Source: Vicugna vicugna
Taxonomy: Eukaryota
DNA: 64,000 bases
Direction: 5' to 3'
NCBI GenBank assembly: GCA_013265495.1
Contig: MU058059.1
Location: forward strand, 2,455,502 to 2,519,501
The notes under the pieces were generated by a model. It searched no databases. It had not been told where the DNA came from and saw only the letters and a list, made by a program, of their open reading frames with translations. The translations under genes were made by a program, and so were the position numbers. Below are positions 62,687 through 64,000 of the stretch, in pieces. Positions within the stretch are counted from its first letter, which is position 1, and every line of letters begins with the position of its first letter.

Positions 62687-62849
62687 TTTTTTTCTTGGCT
62701 TTTTTCTTTTTTAATTTTATTTTTTGGGAGGAGGGTAATTAGGTTTGTTTATTCATTTATTTGTTTTAACCGAGGTACTGGGGATTGAGTGAACCCAGGA
62801 CCTCGTGCCTGCTAAGCACACACTCTACCACTGACTCTTCCCTACCCCC
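62687..62849 (-). mobile_element. tRNA-derived SINE (Vic-1-like)
   Basis: T-rich tail, gggtaattaggtttg, gaggtactggggattga, gaacccaggacctcgtgcctgctaagcacacactctaccactga. Confidence 0.88.
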
Positions 62850-64000
62850 AGAGGGCTAATTTTTTTTAAACGGGAAAAACTAAAGTCAGAAGAGTTTAAA
62901 ACTTTCCTAAGGTCATGCATTGATTTGGTGCTGGCCCCCAAATGAAGCCCAAGTCATTTTAAACTATCACTCTTGTCTTCATGTCTACCACTGCTTTTAA
63001 TAACGAACATAAAACTGTTTCATGTAATCTCCACAATCCTTGTATGATGGATATATACATATGTTCCAGTATCGTCTTTCACTGTTGGAGATACATATTA
63101 GGAATTCACACATGTATGTCAATAAGATATATGTGTACGATTATGTATCTATACGTATATAAGTTCTTTCATTCTGGCTTGATTTAAAATTACTTTTGTC
63201 ATGTGCTTTCACGTAGATTAAATCCAACTTTCACTTGGATTAAATATTTGAAATTACTTTTTATCACCGAGTATAGATTGAGTTCCTTCCTCCCTTCACT
63301 TTGGGGAAATTTTTCCAAATTTAACTACGGACTTCTTCTTGTACTGATTCTTCCAGCAACCTAAAGGTCCTTTTGATGGCTCTCTGAATCATTTTCAGGT
63401 TCTAGTGGAATCTTGCATTTGATTTAACGTATTTGGTTCTTCTAAATGGGAAGCTAATGGCGAGACTAGTCTCAGGACAGACAAGCTTTGAAGTCCTGTC
63501 ATTTTAGGATACTAGTAACAAGGTCCTCACTGAGCTGTGTGCTCAGTAACCTTTGTGGCTTTGCCCCTGAGTTGTATTTGGAATGGCAGTTCAGAAACCC
63601 TTGCTAGCATTTGCAGCTTCAAAGTCATTAGCTACTCTTTCAGCCTGGCAACCTACATGCCTTAGGATATACTGTAAAAGACCCATTTCAGATCTTGGTT
63701 CAAGGAATCGCCTAATGATATAAGTTGACGTTAAATCATTATGAGTTGAGTCAAAACTATTGAAAGAAATGAAGAGCTAGCCCAGAGTTGGAATTGATAA
63801 ACAACAGGAACAGGACTTTACTAAATTTACACTAAATCTGTAGTCCCCCACATAAAATTCATCTTGTAGCTTCTCATCTTGACTCATCTTATGAATTTCC
63901 CGAACTCTGAGAAGTCAGTGTGACTTACCACACCTTGAATACAGAAAGAACAAAGATGCCGCAACCCTACCAAAGGAGCTCATGGTACTGACTCCTCAGT

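Noticed and set aside
1..64000. A novel multi-gene biological system
   Set aside because: All coding signal I can find is explained by four PTPRM exons; the remaining ORFs are short and mostly overlap repeats or low-complexity DNA.

Overview
Mammalian genomic DNA, almost entirely intronic, containing four consecutive coding exons (by homology exons 3-6) of PTPRM (receptor-type tyrosine phosphatase mu) on the + strand: 16505-16776, 29328-29406, 40967-41082 and 60138-60312. They splice in frame with GT-AG junctions and encode most of the MAM domain and the Ig domain. The introns carry typical eutherian repeats (MIR, L2, L1, MLT1, ERV1 LTRs, Tigger2-like, MER82, MER3, MER58). They also carry six copies of a tRNA-derived SINE resembling camelid Vic-1, which suggests a camelid genome (inference). 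No prokaryotic-type system, CRISPR array or second protein-coding gene is supported. The most notable items are: an intragenic CpG island with promoter-like motifs and a splice donor about 1.6-2.2 kb upstream of exon 6 (candidate internal promoter); an ungapped 143-bp duplicated non-coding segment in intron 3; closely spaced inverted retroelement pairs; and an apparently extra N-glycosylation sequon in the MAM domain. Repeat family names come from recognition of consensus features, not from a search, and repeat boundaries are approximate.
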